Shown here in pieces: positions 14,885-26,938 of a stretch of DNA of 64,000 nucleotides; positions within the stretch are counted from its first letter, which is position 1, and every line of letters starts with the position of its first letter. The stretch lies in the NCBI RefSeq assembly GCF_009914755.1, contig NC_060930.1. One strand, 5' to 3'. This DNA is from the human T2T-CHM13v2.0 reference genome, Homo sapiens. Below the pieces are notes generated by a model. It was not told the DNA's origin. It saw only the letters and a list, made by a program, of their open reading frames with translations, and ran no database searches. A program made the translations under genes and the position numbers.

Positions 14885-15995
14885 TTTAGGTTTTTTTGTT
14901 TTGTTTTGTTTTGTTTTGAGACAGAGGCTCTGTGGCCTAGCCTGGAGTGTAACGGTGCAATCATGGCTGTCTGCAGCCTTGACCGCCTGGGCTAAAATGA
15001 TCCTCCCACCTCAGCCCACCAAGTACCTGAGACTACAGGGATGTGCCACCATTCCTGGCTATTTTTTTATTATTATTATTATTATTTTTTTTTTTTGAAG
15101 AGATGAGGGTCTTGCTGTGTTGCCCAGGCTGGTCTCAAACTCCTGGGCTCAAGCTATCCTCCCCATATTAGTATGTTTTCACACTGCTATAATTACTAAG
15201 ACTGGGTAATTTATAATGGAAAGAGGTTTAATCAACTCACAGTTCAGCAAGGCTGGGGAGGCCTCAGGAAACTTATAATCATGGTGGAAGGTGAAGGGGA
15301 AGCAAGGCACCTTCTTCATAAGGCGGCAGGAAGGACAATGCCAGAGGAATGACCAGACACTTATAAAACCATCAGATCTCGTGAGAACTCACTCACTATC
15401 GAAAGAACACCATGGGGGAAACGACCCCCATCATCCAGTTACCTCCACCTGGTCTCTCTCTTACACGAGGGGATTATGGGGATTATAATTCAAGATGAGA
15501 TTTGGGTGGGAACACAAAGCCTAACCATATCATTCTGCCCCTGGTCTCTCCCAAATCTCAGGTCCCTTTCACATTTCAGAACCAATCATGCCTTCCCAAC
15601 AATCCCCCAAAGTCTTAATTCATTCCAGCATTAACCCAAAAGTCCAAGTCCAAAGTCTCATATGAGACAAGGCAAGTCCCTTCTGCCTAGAAGCCTGCAA
15701 AATCTAAAGCAAGTTAGTTACTGCCAAGATGCAATGAGGGTACAGGCATTGGGTAAATGTTCCCATTCTAAATGGGAGAAATTGGCCAAAACAAAGGGGA
15801 CACAGGTCCCATTCAAGTCTGAAATCAGCTGGGTGGTCATTAAGCCTTAATGTTCCAAAATAATCTCCTTTGACGTCATGTCTCACATCAAGGTCACACT
15901 AATGCAAGAGGTGGGCCCCCATGGCCTTGGGTACTCCCAACTAGGCCTCCCAAAGGAGGGCTGGGATTATAGGTATGAACCACTGCACCTGGTCA
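14885..15995 (-). mobile_element. AluJ interrupted by a THE1 element
   Basis: Reverse Alu 14885-15163; the remaining 5' end (CTCCC...GCCTCCCAAAG...GGGATTATAGG) resumes at 15934. Confidence 0.88.
15164..15933 (-). mobile_element. THE1D-like MaLR 3' LTR (15164-15532) plus about 400 bp of internal sequence
   Basis: The LTR ends ...CCTAACCATATCA, followed by TTCTGCCCCT (polypurine tract on the minus strand) and THE1-int-like sequence. Flanked by CTCCC on both sides. Confidence 0.88.
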
Positions 15996-16099
15996 GTATT
16001 TAAAAATATATATGTATATATTTTGCTGTATTGTTATTTTTTATTGTAGAATCCATGGATGCGGAACGTGTAAAAACAAAGGGCTGACTATGCTACTTT

Positions 16100-16560
16100 C
16101 CTTAAGCCTTCACTCATTCTCCACACACTCATTAAAACTTTGTATGTGGCTTCCACCTCCACTGGATCTATATGAAAAACAGCGACCTCCCAAACATCAA
16201 ACTCAGTGGCTCGTTGAGTCATTCCATAGCATTTCCCTTTGTGACTGCCCATTCTGTAAACCTGCCTCTCTTCCTTCACTTTCGTTATTCTGTGCCATCC
16301 TGGTTTCTTCCTTATCTCTCAATCATTCTTCTACCTTCTTCTTGGTCCTTAAAAAAAGAGCCGTGCTCCCAGGTTCTGCATTCCAACAACTTCACTGCTC
16401 TCCCTCCCTCCACATTCTCCCTGGACAGTTGGTTCACTTCCACGGCTTCGACTACTCTTCCATGCAAGGAACTTCACGTTTCCCTCTGGCACAGACCTCT
16501 CTCCCAAGTTCCAAACGTCCACTGGATTTTACCCTGGCATTTATTCTTGGTTTCTTAAGA
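16100..16560. mobile_element. L2 fragment (probably continues about 17985-18300)
   Basis: Degenerate pyrimidine-rich L2-like sequence; boundaries approximate. Confidence 0.5.
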
Positions 16561-16569
16561 TTTTTACTA

Positions 16570-17980
16570 CTTAAAAAAATCTTCATTGATATATAATTCA
16601 CATACAAACAGATTGATTTTAGTATACTCAGGGAGTCACACAACCATTACCACGATCTAAGTTTAGAATACTTCATCACCCAAAAAGAAACACTGTACCC
16701 ATTAGCAGTCGTTCCCCATTTCTGGTACCTAGCCCACGGCAACTACAGTGTACTTTCAGTGTCTATGGATTCTTGTGTTCTGGACATTTCATATAAATGG
16801 AATCATATAATATGTTGCCTTTTGGGTCTATCTTCTTTTACTTAGCATAATGTTTTCCAGGTTCATCCACATTGCAGTGTCCATTAGTGCTTTTTATGGT
16901 TGAATAATATGACGTATTATGGATGAATTACATTTTATTTATCCATTTATGAATTAATGGACATCATTCTACCAAAAGTTCCACTTTTTGGCTATTGTGA
17001 ATAATGCTGCCACTAGGATCCCTGTGCAAGTTTTCATGTGGAAGTATGTTTTCATTTATCTTAAATATGTGCCTTTCTTGAACACCGAGAAACTGTCAAA
17101 CTGCTTTACAAAGTGGCTAAGCTGTCTTACATTATCAATGCACGAGGGTTCCAACATCTCCACGTCATCGCCAATACTTGTTACAGTCTGTCTTTTTTAT
17201 CACAGCCAGTCTAGTGGGGGTGAAGTGGTATTTCCCTGTGGTTTTGAGCGGCATTTCCTTAATGACTAATGGTGCGGCACATCTTTTCACGTGCATGTCC
17301 TTTCATGTCGGCTGAATATTTTCTGTGGGGAAATGTCTATTTAAGTCTTGTGCCTATTTTTAATTAGGCTGTCTTCTTATTCTTGAGTTGTAAGAGTTCT
17401 TTATATATTCTGGATACTGGCCCCTTATCAGATATATGACTTGCAAATGTTTTCTCCCATTTGGTAGGCTGCTTTTTTACTTTTTTGATGGTGTGCTATC
17501 AGAACAGTTTTTAACTTTGATGGAGTCCATTTTATCTATTTTTTCCATTGTTGCTTGTGCTTTAGGTGTTATATATCTAAGAAGGCTATGTCTAATTAAA
17601 GTTCAAGAAGAGTATCTCTCACCTGTGTTTTCAATCAATCAGCCTTGGAAATCTGGAATCTGCCTGTAATGTACCTTTTACCAAAGCCCACAATAAATCC
17701 ACTTTTAATTAAGCTTTTAACACTTCATATGAATTACTTAAAAATAACAGACACAAATTTAGCAGGGTGGATTAAGGTTCAATGGTGTTTTCAAAAGAAA
17801 GTGTTACTATTTTTTACCCCAGCCGCGTCAATGTGAACAGTTGATGCCTCAATTTTAGCACTTACATTTCCAGCTAGGATCCATTTTGAGTTAATTTTTG
17901 TGACGTTCCTTCCCCACTGATTTGTCTGGGTACCATTGTTGAAAATCAACCAATTACAAATGTATGGGCTTATATTTTAA
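16570..17980 (-). mobile_element. Old L1M 3' fragment, interrupted at 17633-17849
   Basis: Typical reverse L1M motifs: TTCTGGACATTTCATATAAATGGAATCATA, GGCTATTGTGAATAATGCTGC, GATCCATTTTGAGTTAATTTTTGT. Confidence 0.85.
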
Positions 17981-18590
17981 AAATCAACCTTATTTTCTTT
18001 CACAAAGCCAACTCCTGATTTTTACTGGTATTGCCATCTATTCTCCTGGTCTGATACATAAAGCCATCTTTGATTCGTTCCTTTCCTGTGCCTCTCCCAC
18101 ACAGGCATTAGTCAAACCACGTGGTTTCCATTTCTACAGGTTGTTTTCACTCATCCTTTCCTTTCCATTTTCAGTGTCATTATATCAAATCAAATCCTCA
18201 CTACTGCTGTCTTCAGAAGGGCTGAGAAATAAATTCATGTCTAAATGGGCATACTGTGCTGTCCAAATCCAACCTACTATACAGCTAGTGGCCAGAGAAG
18301 AGGAGTTTAATGTGCTGGGATAAGAAATAAGCTGGTGCTATGAATGGCTGTGTCAGAACAAGAGCCCAGCCCATTCATATTCTAGCCTAATCCCTGAACT
18401 TCCAGAGTAGATTATGCTAACTTGGAAAACAGGGGCAGTCCTGGAGGATTCAAAAATTTCCAAGTTATTTAAAAGAAACTGCCACTTAGTATTAAGTACT
18501 TGATCTCCTAATTTAACAAGAGAGGCTAATTTTTAAAACTTGGTTACCACTTCCTTAGTGTTAGGTCAAGAAGAGGACGAACCGCTAGGG

Positions 18591-18777
18591 CAGTCATTCT
18601 TAAAATGTGGGAGCAAGAGTAGCAGCATCAGTATCTCCAGGGAACTTGTTAAAAATGCACATTCGTGGGTCCCACCCAGATCTACTAAATGAGACCTCTG
18701 GGAGTGAAGACCAAAATCAGTGTTTTAACAAGACTACCAGGTCATTCCTATGCACACTAGAAGTTTGATAACCACTG
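18591..18777. mobile_element. MER5A (hAT-Charlie)
   Basis: About 190 bp with CAG...AACCACTG ends and the GGGAACTTGTTAAAAATGCA core. Confidence 0.8.
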
Positions 18778-19306
18778 AGCTAGAAGACAGATGAGGATCC
18801 AGGGCTGAGGTCATATGACAATATCAACACCTCTTCCACATGCTGAAATTGCCAAGGAGGCCACAGAACTCCACAAATCCCATCGACTGTAAACATTCAG
18901 TAGTTACGCCATATAAATTGTTAGGATCCATGCTTAACTTCTGAAGGTAGCATAGGCTTTTGAAATTATTCAAAATTTAGTGTTCTCTTAAGAAAAAAAC
19001 TATAAATAATATACTTGCTTATTTTTATACCACAAATCCCACATAACAGAAACAACATAGTAGAGATGTAAGTAGCACCTATTATTAAAGTATGTTCCTA
19101 CTTAAATATGACATTTCTTTTCTCTCGGGGGAGACTGAAATATATATCCAAAGAGAAAGCCACAATACACATACAGCTTTTACCTAGAAATATGTCTTCC
19201 CTAGACTTGAAATCCATCAGCCTTGGGAATCTGGAATCTGCCTGTCTGTAATGCATTTCAGTAACAAATCTGTTACCAAAACCCACTACCATAAATCCAC
19301 TTTTAA

Positions 19307-19603
<297 letters not shown>

Positions 19604-20099
19604 TTAATTAAGCTTTTAACTCCCTATATGAATTACTTAAAAATTAACTATTGGATCTAACAGACAGACACAAATTTATCAGGGTGGCTTTAGGTTCACA
19701 GTGTTTGCAAAAAAGAAGGTGTTACCACTTTTTACCCCTAGCTGTGTCAATGGAACAGCCAATGCCTTGGCCTACTGTGACTGGACACGCATTCTGACTT
19801 GCAGCTGCAGTTTCCCTTCTTATGGCTGCTCCCAGATAAGACCGCTGCACAGAACCCAGTCCTGGCAACTGCTGCCTGGTCCTCTCCAGCGGCCTGTGCA
19901 GAGTTCCACACTAGCTCCTTGTTTATATCAGTCCCGTAATTAAGCCAGGGCCAGGAAGAGAAGTCCCAAAGAGGGCAACGAAAGTGCAAGGCAAAGAACT
20001 GGCTTTCGGCTGCAGCTTCCCCATCCACCTCCTTCCCACCTGACCTCAATTTAAGAGAGTGGAAATGGGGGCCCAGCTGGGAAGAAGGAAGGAGCATGA

Positions 20100-20433
<334 letters not shown>

Positions 20434-22374
20434 CATCTCTGTTCCCTTACTGCTTTGCTGCCGCAACCTTCTCCATCCTCTTTTTCATTCTCAGTTGCCA
20501 TTTTGAGCTTTCTTCACAAATTGAATCCTGTTTTCCAAATTGGCCAGTGAAACGTTTTTGCCATGCTGAAGTCATTTCCAGAGCTAAATCGGGAAAGCTG
20601 AGGCAGCCAGGCCACCTCCAGCTGGCTGGAATGCAGCTGCAATAAAAGGCAGTGTGAATAAGGTGTATTGAAGCTACACTGGACTCGTGTGAAGGGCCGT
20701 TTATTCAGAGGGGGTGGAGGTGAAAGGAGAGAAATTAATGAACAGAAGAAATTAAATTAGCTCAACCACGCCTTTAAAAAATATACTGAAAAATAACCGA
20801 CCTGCCATGAACCTTTTTACAAAAATGGAGACCTCTGGGTCTGTTCTTTGCCCAGCCCCCCTGGCAGGAGGCGCTCCTGAGTTAGATAAGAAAGAGCCTG
20901 GAGGGGCTGAGGAAAATCTGGTTTCTCTTACTGCAGCCAGAAGGATGGAAGGCACAGTTGGGAAAGTCAATATGCAGCTGAGAGACAAGAGGTCACCGGA
21001 ACTGATGAAAATATTTAATTAACTAATCACAGAACACCTGACACAAAAATAAACATGTCTTTTCATCTTAGCTATCACATTTTTCTTCAACAAAATGAAA
21101 TCACGACCTATCATGTTCTCAAAAAGTTATTGATCAATTTATGAGCCTAATGCTTTAATTGATTGCAATAATATTTTACTCACACTTCTAATCTGATCTT
21201 ACTGCCACTCTAAGAAAAGCTATGGGGAATTCCAATGGAAGAATGATGGTGTAGTTACAAGCAAAAAGTCCTTTATACTAGACGTATATTTCATATTTTG
21301 TGTTATAGGTATTTATTTTATGTTTTATATTATAGGGGTATTTATTAGGACAGTGTTATGGAAAATTATTCCTTCCTTAAGTAACCACCTAATTTTAATA
21401 TTAAAACATTTCATAATATTAAAACATTAAGAGAACAATAATGAATACTGGTATTAAATATCTTAAATGCTGTTTAGTGCTTTCTTTACAGTTTCAAAGT
21501 GAGAGCACCCGTTTATCTCATTTTCACCTAAATGTGTCTTATTACATAGAGAGTGAGATGTTATACCTATTTTTTAATTTCCACAATCAGATATCCAGTA
21601 AGGGAATAAATGTAAATCAAGTACCACAGGATATTTTGTCAAAAGCATTATAGAGAAATGGGATGGTAATACAATCATTTTTTTAAAAAATTCTGTTTTA
21701 TACAAAAGACTGAGCTCCATGGAGTTTGGAGGTTAAATCTAAAAGTACTCTTAGGTATGGCCCCATTGTCTATAGACACTAAGATTAAAGCAACAGACAT
21801 TTAGGAAATAGTTATTAGTTGAGGTACGGGATTTTACTTTATTACCTACTGAAAATCTTACCCTCAAAAATCACATCCCCTCAAAGTAAATTCCAGACAA
21901 AAGATGTTCTTTTTCCCCCTTTAGGGTCTACAATTTATCAACCGGTTGGATATCTTCTAGAATTACTTTATATTCCTTCCCATTTGAACACAGCACACTC
22001 TGAACCTGTTCAAAGGTCAGACAGGATTTAAGAGTCCTTATAAGGCATTGTTGTGGCAGGAGTTGGCACTTGGACTAACTTTATCCGATGGGCAACGAGT
22101 TTGGGGAGTGCCTGAGGGTGTGGTACCTGGCTTGCTTGCCCTTCATGATTTTTGATGACTGCCCAGCTAAACCTGCCTTCCGTCCACCATTTACTCATGA
22201 TGTGACTCAGAACACTAGGGTTTCTTGGAAAGATGAACCGTTTCTCCGCTGCATTTTCTTTTAAACCTTTGTGTTATCTTCCTCTGGTCAAAATGAACTA
22301 TAGTAAGCTTAACAAAACACTGCCAAGCTATCATGTGTAGTGGGGTCAGCCAAAAAACAGACTTCAGCTATGCA

Positions 22375-22572
22375 TTGCCCACTAAGGAAACCAGTGACCA
22401 CATATGACCATTTAAGATAATATCAATTAAAATGATACAATTAAAAACTGAGCTCTTCATGTGCATACGCCACACTCAAGTGCTCAATACACATGTGTGG
22501 CCAGGGATACTGTATTGAACAGCACTGATAAAGAACATTTCTATCACTAAAGAATCTTTTATTGAACAGACG
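22375..22572. mobile_element. MER3-like (hAT-Charlie)
   Basis: GCCACACTCAAGTGCTCAATA...ACTGTATTGAACAGCAC...AGAACATTTCTATCA motifs. Confidence 0.7.
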
Positions 22573-23077
22573 TGCTTTACATGATTATTCTTCCCACCTT
22601 CTATGTAAACTCTGGTCATTATCAAATAGAAATGTGTAACAAAATGAACATGCACGCCAGTTATGCCCTGTCAGTTTGAAACTAGTATCCTGCCCAATAG
22701 GTTTTGTACATAGTTCTCAGTTTACTCACCACTTGGCCCCTCTCTTTGTTTCTAACCAGAACCACCAGATACAGAGACAGATCCAGAGCTGACCTAAGTT
22801 TAAAACATAAAGCGGTGAAATATGCCATCAGCTTCTTCTCCTACTCCTTTCTTTCCCTATCCATTCTTCTACTCAACTATTACTTACCGAGCCACAGTGC
22901 AGGCACTGAAGCTACAAAGCTGAGTGATTCATCGTTCCTGACCTCCAGGAGCACAATCTAATGAAGAATATGGAAAAGGAAAAAGAGGAATTTCCTAAGG
23001 GCTCCAATAAAGGCACAAGCAGATTGGGGGAGCAGAGAGCTTGGCTTGAGGATGATTATGTAAGGGCTGGAGCTAAG

Positions 23078-23267
23078 GCAGAGTTTCTCAAACTTGGCAC
23101 TACTGGCCTTTTAGCTTGGACCATTCATTGTTGCCCTGTGTATCGGAGGATGTTCAGCAGCATCCTCGGCCTCAACCCATTAGATATGTGCACTCCCCCT
23201 AAAAACTGTCGCCAGACATTGGAAACGTTCCCTGGGGGCAAGATTGCTGCCTTTAGAGAAGCACTGA
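23078..23267. mobile_element. MER20 (hAT-Charlie) within L2-like sequence
   Basis: TTTCTCAAACTTGGCACTA...GGATGTTCAGCAGCATCCTCGGCCTC...GAGAAGCACTG. Confidence 0.8.
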
Positions 23268-24035
23268 GCTAAGGCCTTTGGGACATGTTTGTTTATTTAC
23301 TCCATAACATTCTTGAGGAACTTACTGCAAACAAGTGGTGAGAATAACAAGAGGGAAGGACAAAGTCCTCACACGAAGGACCTCAAAGTCTGGCGGGAAC
23401 TAGAGTGGACAAATGGGCAAAGGAGAAGGTGACTTCAGAACGTGGGGAAAGCATGTAAGAAAGTATAGACGACTGACAAATCCGGGGAATCTGACAGCGG
23501 GGAAGGGGGCTCGGTGCTGGGAGGAGAGGGGGTGTCAGGTGAGGGCCATGTGAGGCAGGACCCATGTGAGGCGGGAGCAGAGTCAGATCATGAAGGTGTT
23601 GGTGTGCTGCAGGGGTTGTATCAAAGTTAGATTTCATCGTGAAGAAATCTGAACAAAGGAATACATGGGCAGGATTACCTTCTGGATGGTGGTGTAGACT
23701 CTGTCCCATCAAAGTGTGATTGACAAACACAAGTGCCATCAAGCGTCTACACTGCAGACAGACTGACTGGGAGTCTTTTTCCGGTTAAGATAACAAGGTT
23801 ACAAATCACAGGTGATATAATAGGGATGAACAGGGAGACAGGGATTTGACTGATGTCTCTGGGAAGGACAGGGCTCACTGTTGGTGTTGTAGGGAAGACG
23901 AGGGCAGGACTCTAGGCTGATTTCCCAGTTTTGGGGCAAAGACAACAATGTACATGGAGCTCATATCAACAAAGGTGGGAGATTCGGGAGGAGCAGCAGG
24001 TGAACAAAGAGGTCTGGACAAGGGAGGCGAAGGCT

Positions 24036-24385
24036 GCTTAGCTGGTTAGGGCTGCTGTACCTGCTGCACCACAGACTGGAAATCCAAGATCAAGACGCCA
24101 CAGGTTTGGTTTCTCCTGAAGCCTCATCTTGGCTGCCTGATGGCTGCCTTTTCCCTGTGTCCTCACATGGCCTTTCCTCAGTGTGCACGTACTCCTGGGG
24201 TCTCTTCCTCTTCTCATGAGGACACCAGTCCTATTGGATAGGTCCCTACCCTAATGGTCATTTTAAATTAATCACCTGTTTAAATAACTTATCTCCAAAT
24301 ACGGTCACATTCTGAGGTACTGGGGGTTAGCATTTCAACATCTGAATTTTGGTTGGGGTTAGGTGGCAAAATTCAGCCCATAGCA
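24036..24385 (-). mobile_element. MLT1-family MaLR LTR
   Basis: TCCAAGATCAAG, GGACACCAGTCCTATTGGAT, GTCACATTCTGAGGTACTGGGGGTTAG and ATTCAGCCCATAGCA motifs. Confidence 0.85.
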
Positions 24386-24569
24386 GAGGCTGAGGATGGC
24401 ATCCTGGAAAGGGAGCTTAATGTGGGGTTGAGAGCATGGTTAAATTGCGTGGAGTCCAGGTTCTGTCTCCTCTAGCTTTGGGACCTGGACAAATTGTATA
24501 TCTTGCCAATATTTAAGGGACAATCTGAAGAAACAAAGTTTGTAATAAAGACTGAAAATGAGTGGCCAA

Positions 24570-24750
24570 GAATGTTCTTTACCTCAAACATTTATCAGTT
24601 CTCTGAGTTGGGAGCATCTCATTTCTCTTTTAGCTACTTTGAAATACACGATAAATTATTCTTAACAATAGTTATTCTACTGTGCAATCAAACACTAGAA
24701 CTTATTTCTTCTAGCTACCTCTATGTACGTACTCATTAACCAACCTCTTT
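24570..24750 (-). mobile_element. L1MA 3'-end fragment
   Basis: ACCTCAAACATTTATCA...TAGCTACTTTGAAATA...ACACTAGAACTTATT motifs. Confidence 0.7.
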
Positions 24751-24866
24751 TCATCCCTCGACATGACCTGTCCAATGCTGAATGATCCCTAGACAGCCTT
24801 TCATGCAAAAGAAGCTCCTGATAACTGAGGTTATCTAATGAGTCCCACAGGCTGGATCTACTCCAC

Positions 24867-25062
24867 GGCCACCCTTGCCATCCTGGACACCTATCCTGGC
24901 CTCCCTTGCCATCCTGGACACCTATCCTGGCCACCCTTGCCATCCTGGACACCTACCCTGGCCTCCCTTGCCATCCTGGACACCTACCCTGGCCTCCCTT
25001 GCCATCCTGGACACCTATCCTGGCCACCCTTGCCATCCTGGACACCTACCCTGGCCTCCCTT
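24867..25062. repeat. Minisatellite, 31-bp unit x about 6.3
   Basis: GGCC(A/T)CCCTTGCCATCCTGGACACCTA(T/C)CCT starting at 24867, 24898, 24929, 24960, 24991, 25022 and 25053. Confidence 0.97.
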
Positions 25063-26643
25063 ACCCTCTTCTGCTCAGGGTTCTCCACTGGGTGGCAAAT
25101 CCCACCCCGGAAGAGACCCTGGAGGCCTTTCCCCTGGCTTCAGGCCATCATAAAACTTACTAAATTTTGCTAAAGAAAATCACCTTCTAAATAAAATTAT
25201 TTGGCAATTTAAAAATCAGAATTGCAAGATACCTTAGAAACTGCCTAGTTGAGTCTCTTTAAGATGAGGAAACTCATGCTTGCAGGTATAGACAGCTCTG
25301 GTGCCAGTATGTTTCATACAAGTGATGAGATTACAGTCAGCCCATTCGCTTCCTAGGGTCCAACCTCCTTTTCTATAATATGGGCAAAATAATAGTTTCC
25401 ACCCTCCTTGTTTGGAGGGCATTTACCAGTTCCTAAGTCTGTAGGGGCGCAGCAGTGAAAAATTGCACACCAGTCAAGCCCTCCTGACCTCACAGTCTAG
25501 CATGGAAGAAAGACTTTGAACAACTAACCACAAGTGTCCTGTCAGTTACAAAATAAAAAACAGGATCCAATGCAAGCTTGGGAATGAGATGCCAATGTAA
25601 TATGGGGGATCAGAACAACTTCCTGCGGGGAGATGACACTCTAAAGGAAGGTGCTGTGAGAATCAAATCCCAGCGTGTATTGATCTAAGAGATATTCCTT
25701 CCCACCTATGCTGGGCCAGAAAGTGTGCCAGTGGCTGGGGATTTCCAATGAACAGGACTGACGGGGCTCCTGCCCTAACGGAACTTACAGCCAACAATAA
25801 AGAACATCATGGATTACACAAATAATGAATTAATTACAACGGCGATAAATGTCATAAAAGGAAATGAAATAATGTACATAACAGTGCTTCATGAGCTTTC
25901 GCCTGCCTTATAAATGCTCCTCTGTGCTAAGAATAATAGAAGTGGCAATGGGAGAATAAAGTTAGAAAGAAAGCTTCCTTTCTTCCTGCTTTCCTCTCTC
26001 CCTCTTCCTCCTTTTCTCCATCCATCCTGCCCGTCTGTCTGGGGAGCTGGTAAGATATCTCTTGTGAACACACCAGGCACATGGTAAATAATTAGATAGT
26101 CATTTATGGTGTTATTTTTCTTCTCCAATCTTACTTAGAATGTCAGATTTAAATGTTATCAGTGTTTGTTTTGATTTGTGTTTTTTTTTTTTCCTGCATG
26201 CTTTGATCCATCAGAATGCACTGGCATAATTAGTAATATCTAACTTTATTACTAGGAGAAAATGTAAGACCGTGGTCCCCACGCGTCCTGGCTAAGGGGA
26301 CTAAAGTGAGTAGCAGTTACAATGCTTGATATGGCAAAGTGGAATAAAGGTGACCCATGGAACTTTTTAAGGAGTAGACTCCGTTCAAGAGAGAAGACCT
26401 TCGTCAAGAAAGCCTGGTGCTATAGCTGCAATGAACCAAGAGAGAAAGCCGGTGGGCCATTCCAGGAGATTATGGAAGAAAGTAGTAGTTTTAATAAGTT
26501 CACTATAAAAAATATTACATTTCAAAGCCAAAAAACAATCTCCTAAGGCTTCAGTGGAAACTTAGCTCACACTGTTTTGTAAACATGACCTAATCTTTAT
26601 GAAACGCTGCATCATTTGGAATTTGGCAGTGAAGGAGTAGAGC

Positions 26644-26938
26644 AAAGAGAACACAGTCGCCACTCTAAGGCCCCGTGGAGACCTGCGACAGGGCACCCTG
26701 TCGTTAGCTGCTGAAGAAAGTCCACACATCTGCCTACACACTAAAGAGAACACAGTCGCCACTCTAAGGCCACGTGGAGACCTGCGACAGGGCACCCTGT
26801 CGTTAGCTGCTGAAGAAAGTCCACACATCTGCCTACACACTAAAGAGAACACAGTCGCCACTCTAAGGCCACGTGGAGACCTTCCACAGGGCACCGTGTT
26901 GTTAGCTGCTGAAAAGTCCACACATCTGCCTACACACT
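26644..26938. repeat. Tandem repeat, 99-bp unit x 3
   Basis: AAAGAGAACACAGTCGCC... starts at 26644, 26743 and 26842; the third copy is more diverged. Confidence 0.97.

Larger units (their letters stand above)
14675..16090. mobile_element. MER2 (TcMar-Tigger) split by a nested AluJ/THE1 insertion
   Basis: TA|CAGG start and MER2-like body to about 14880. It resumes near 16000 and ends with GAATCCATGGATGCGGAAC...AGGGCTGACT. Confidence 0.75.

Noticed and set aside
16012-16596. 194-aa ORF
   Set aside because: Spans a MER2 end, L2-like sequence and an L1 start; no recognisable protein.
24695-25173. Overlapping Pro/His-rich ORFs
   Set aside because: Frames of the 31-bp minisatellite.
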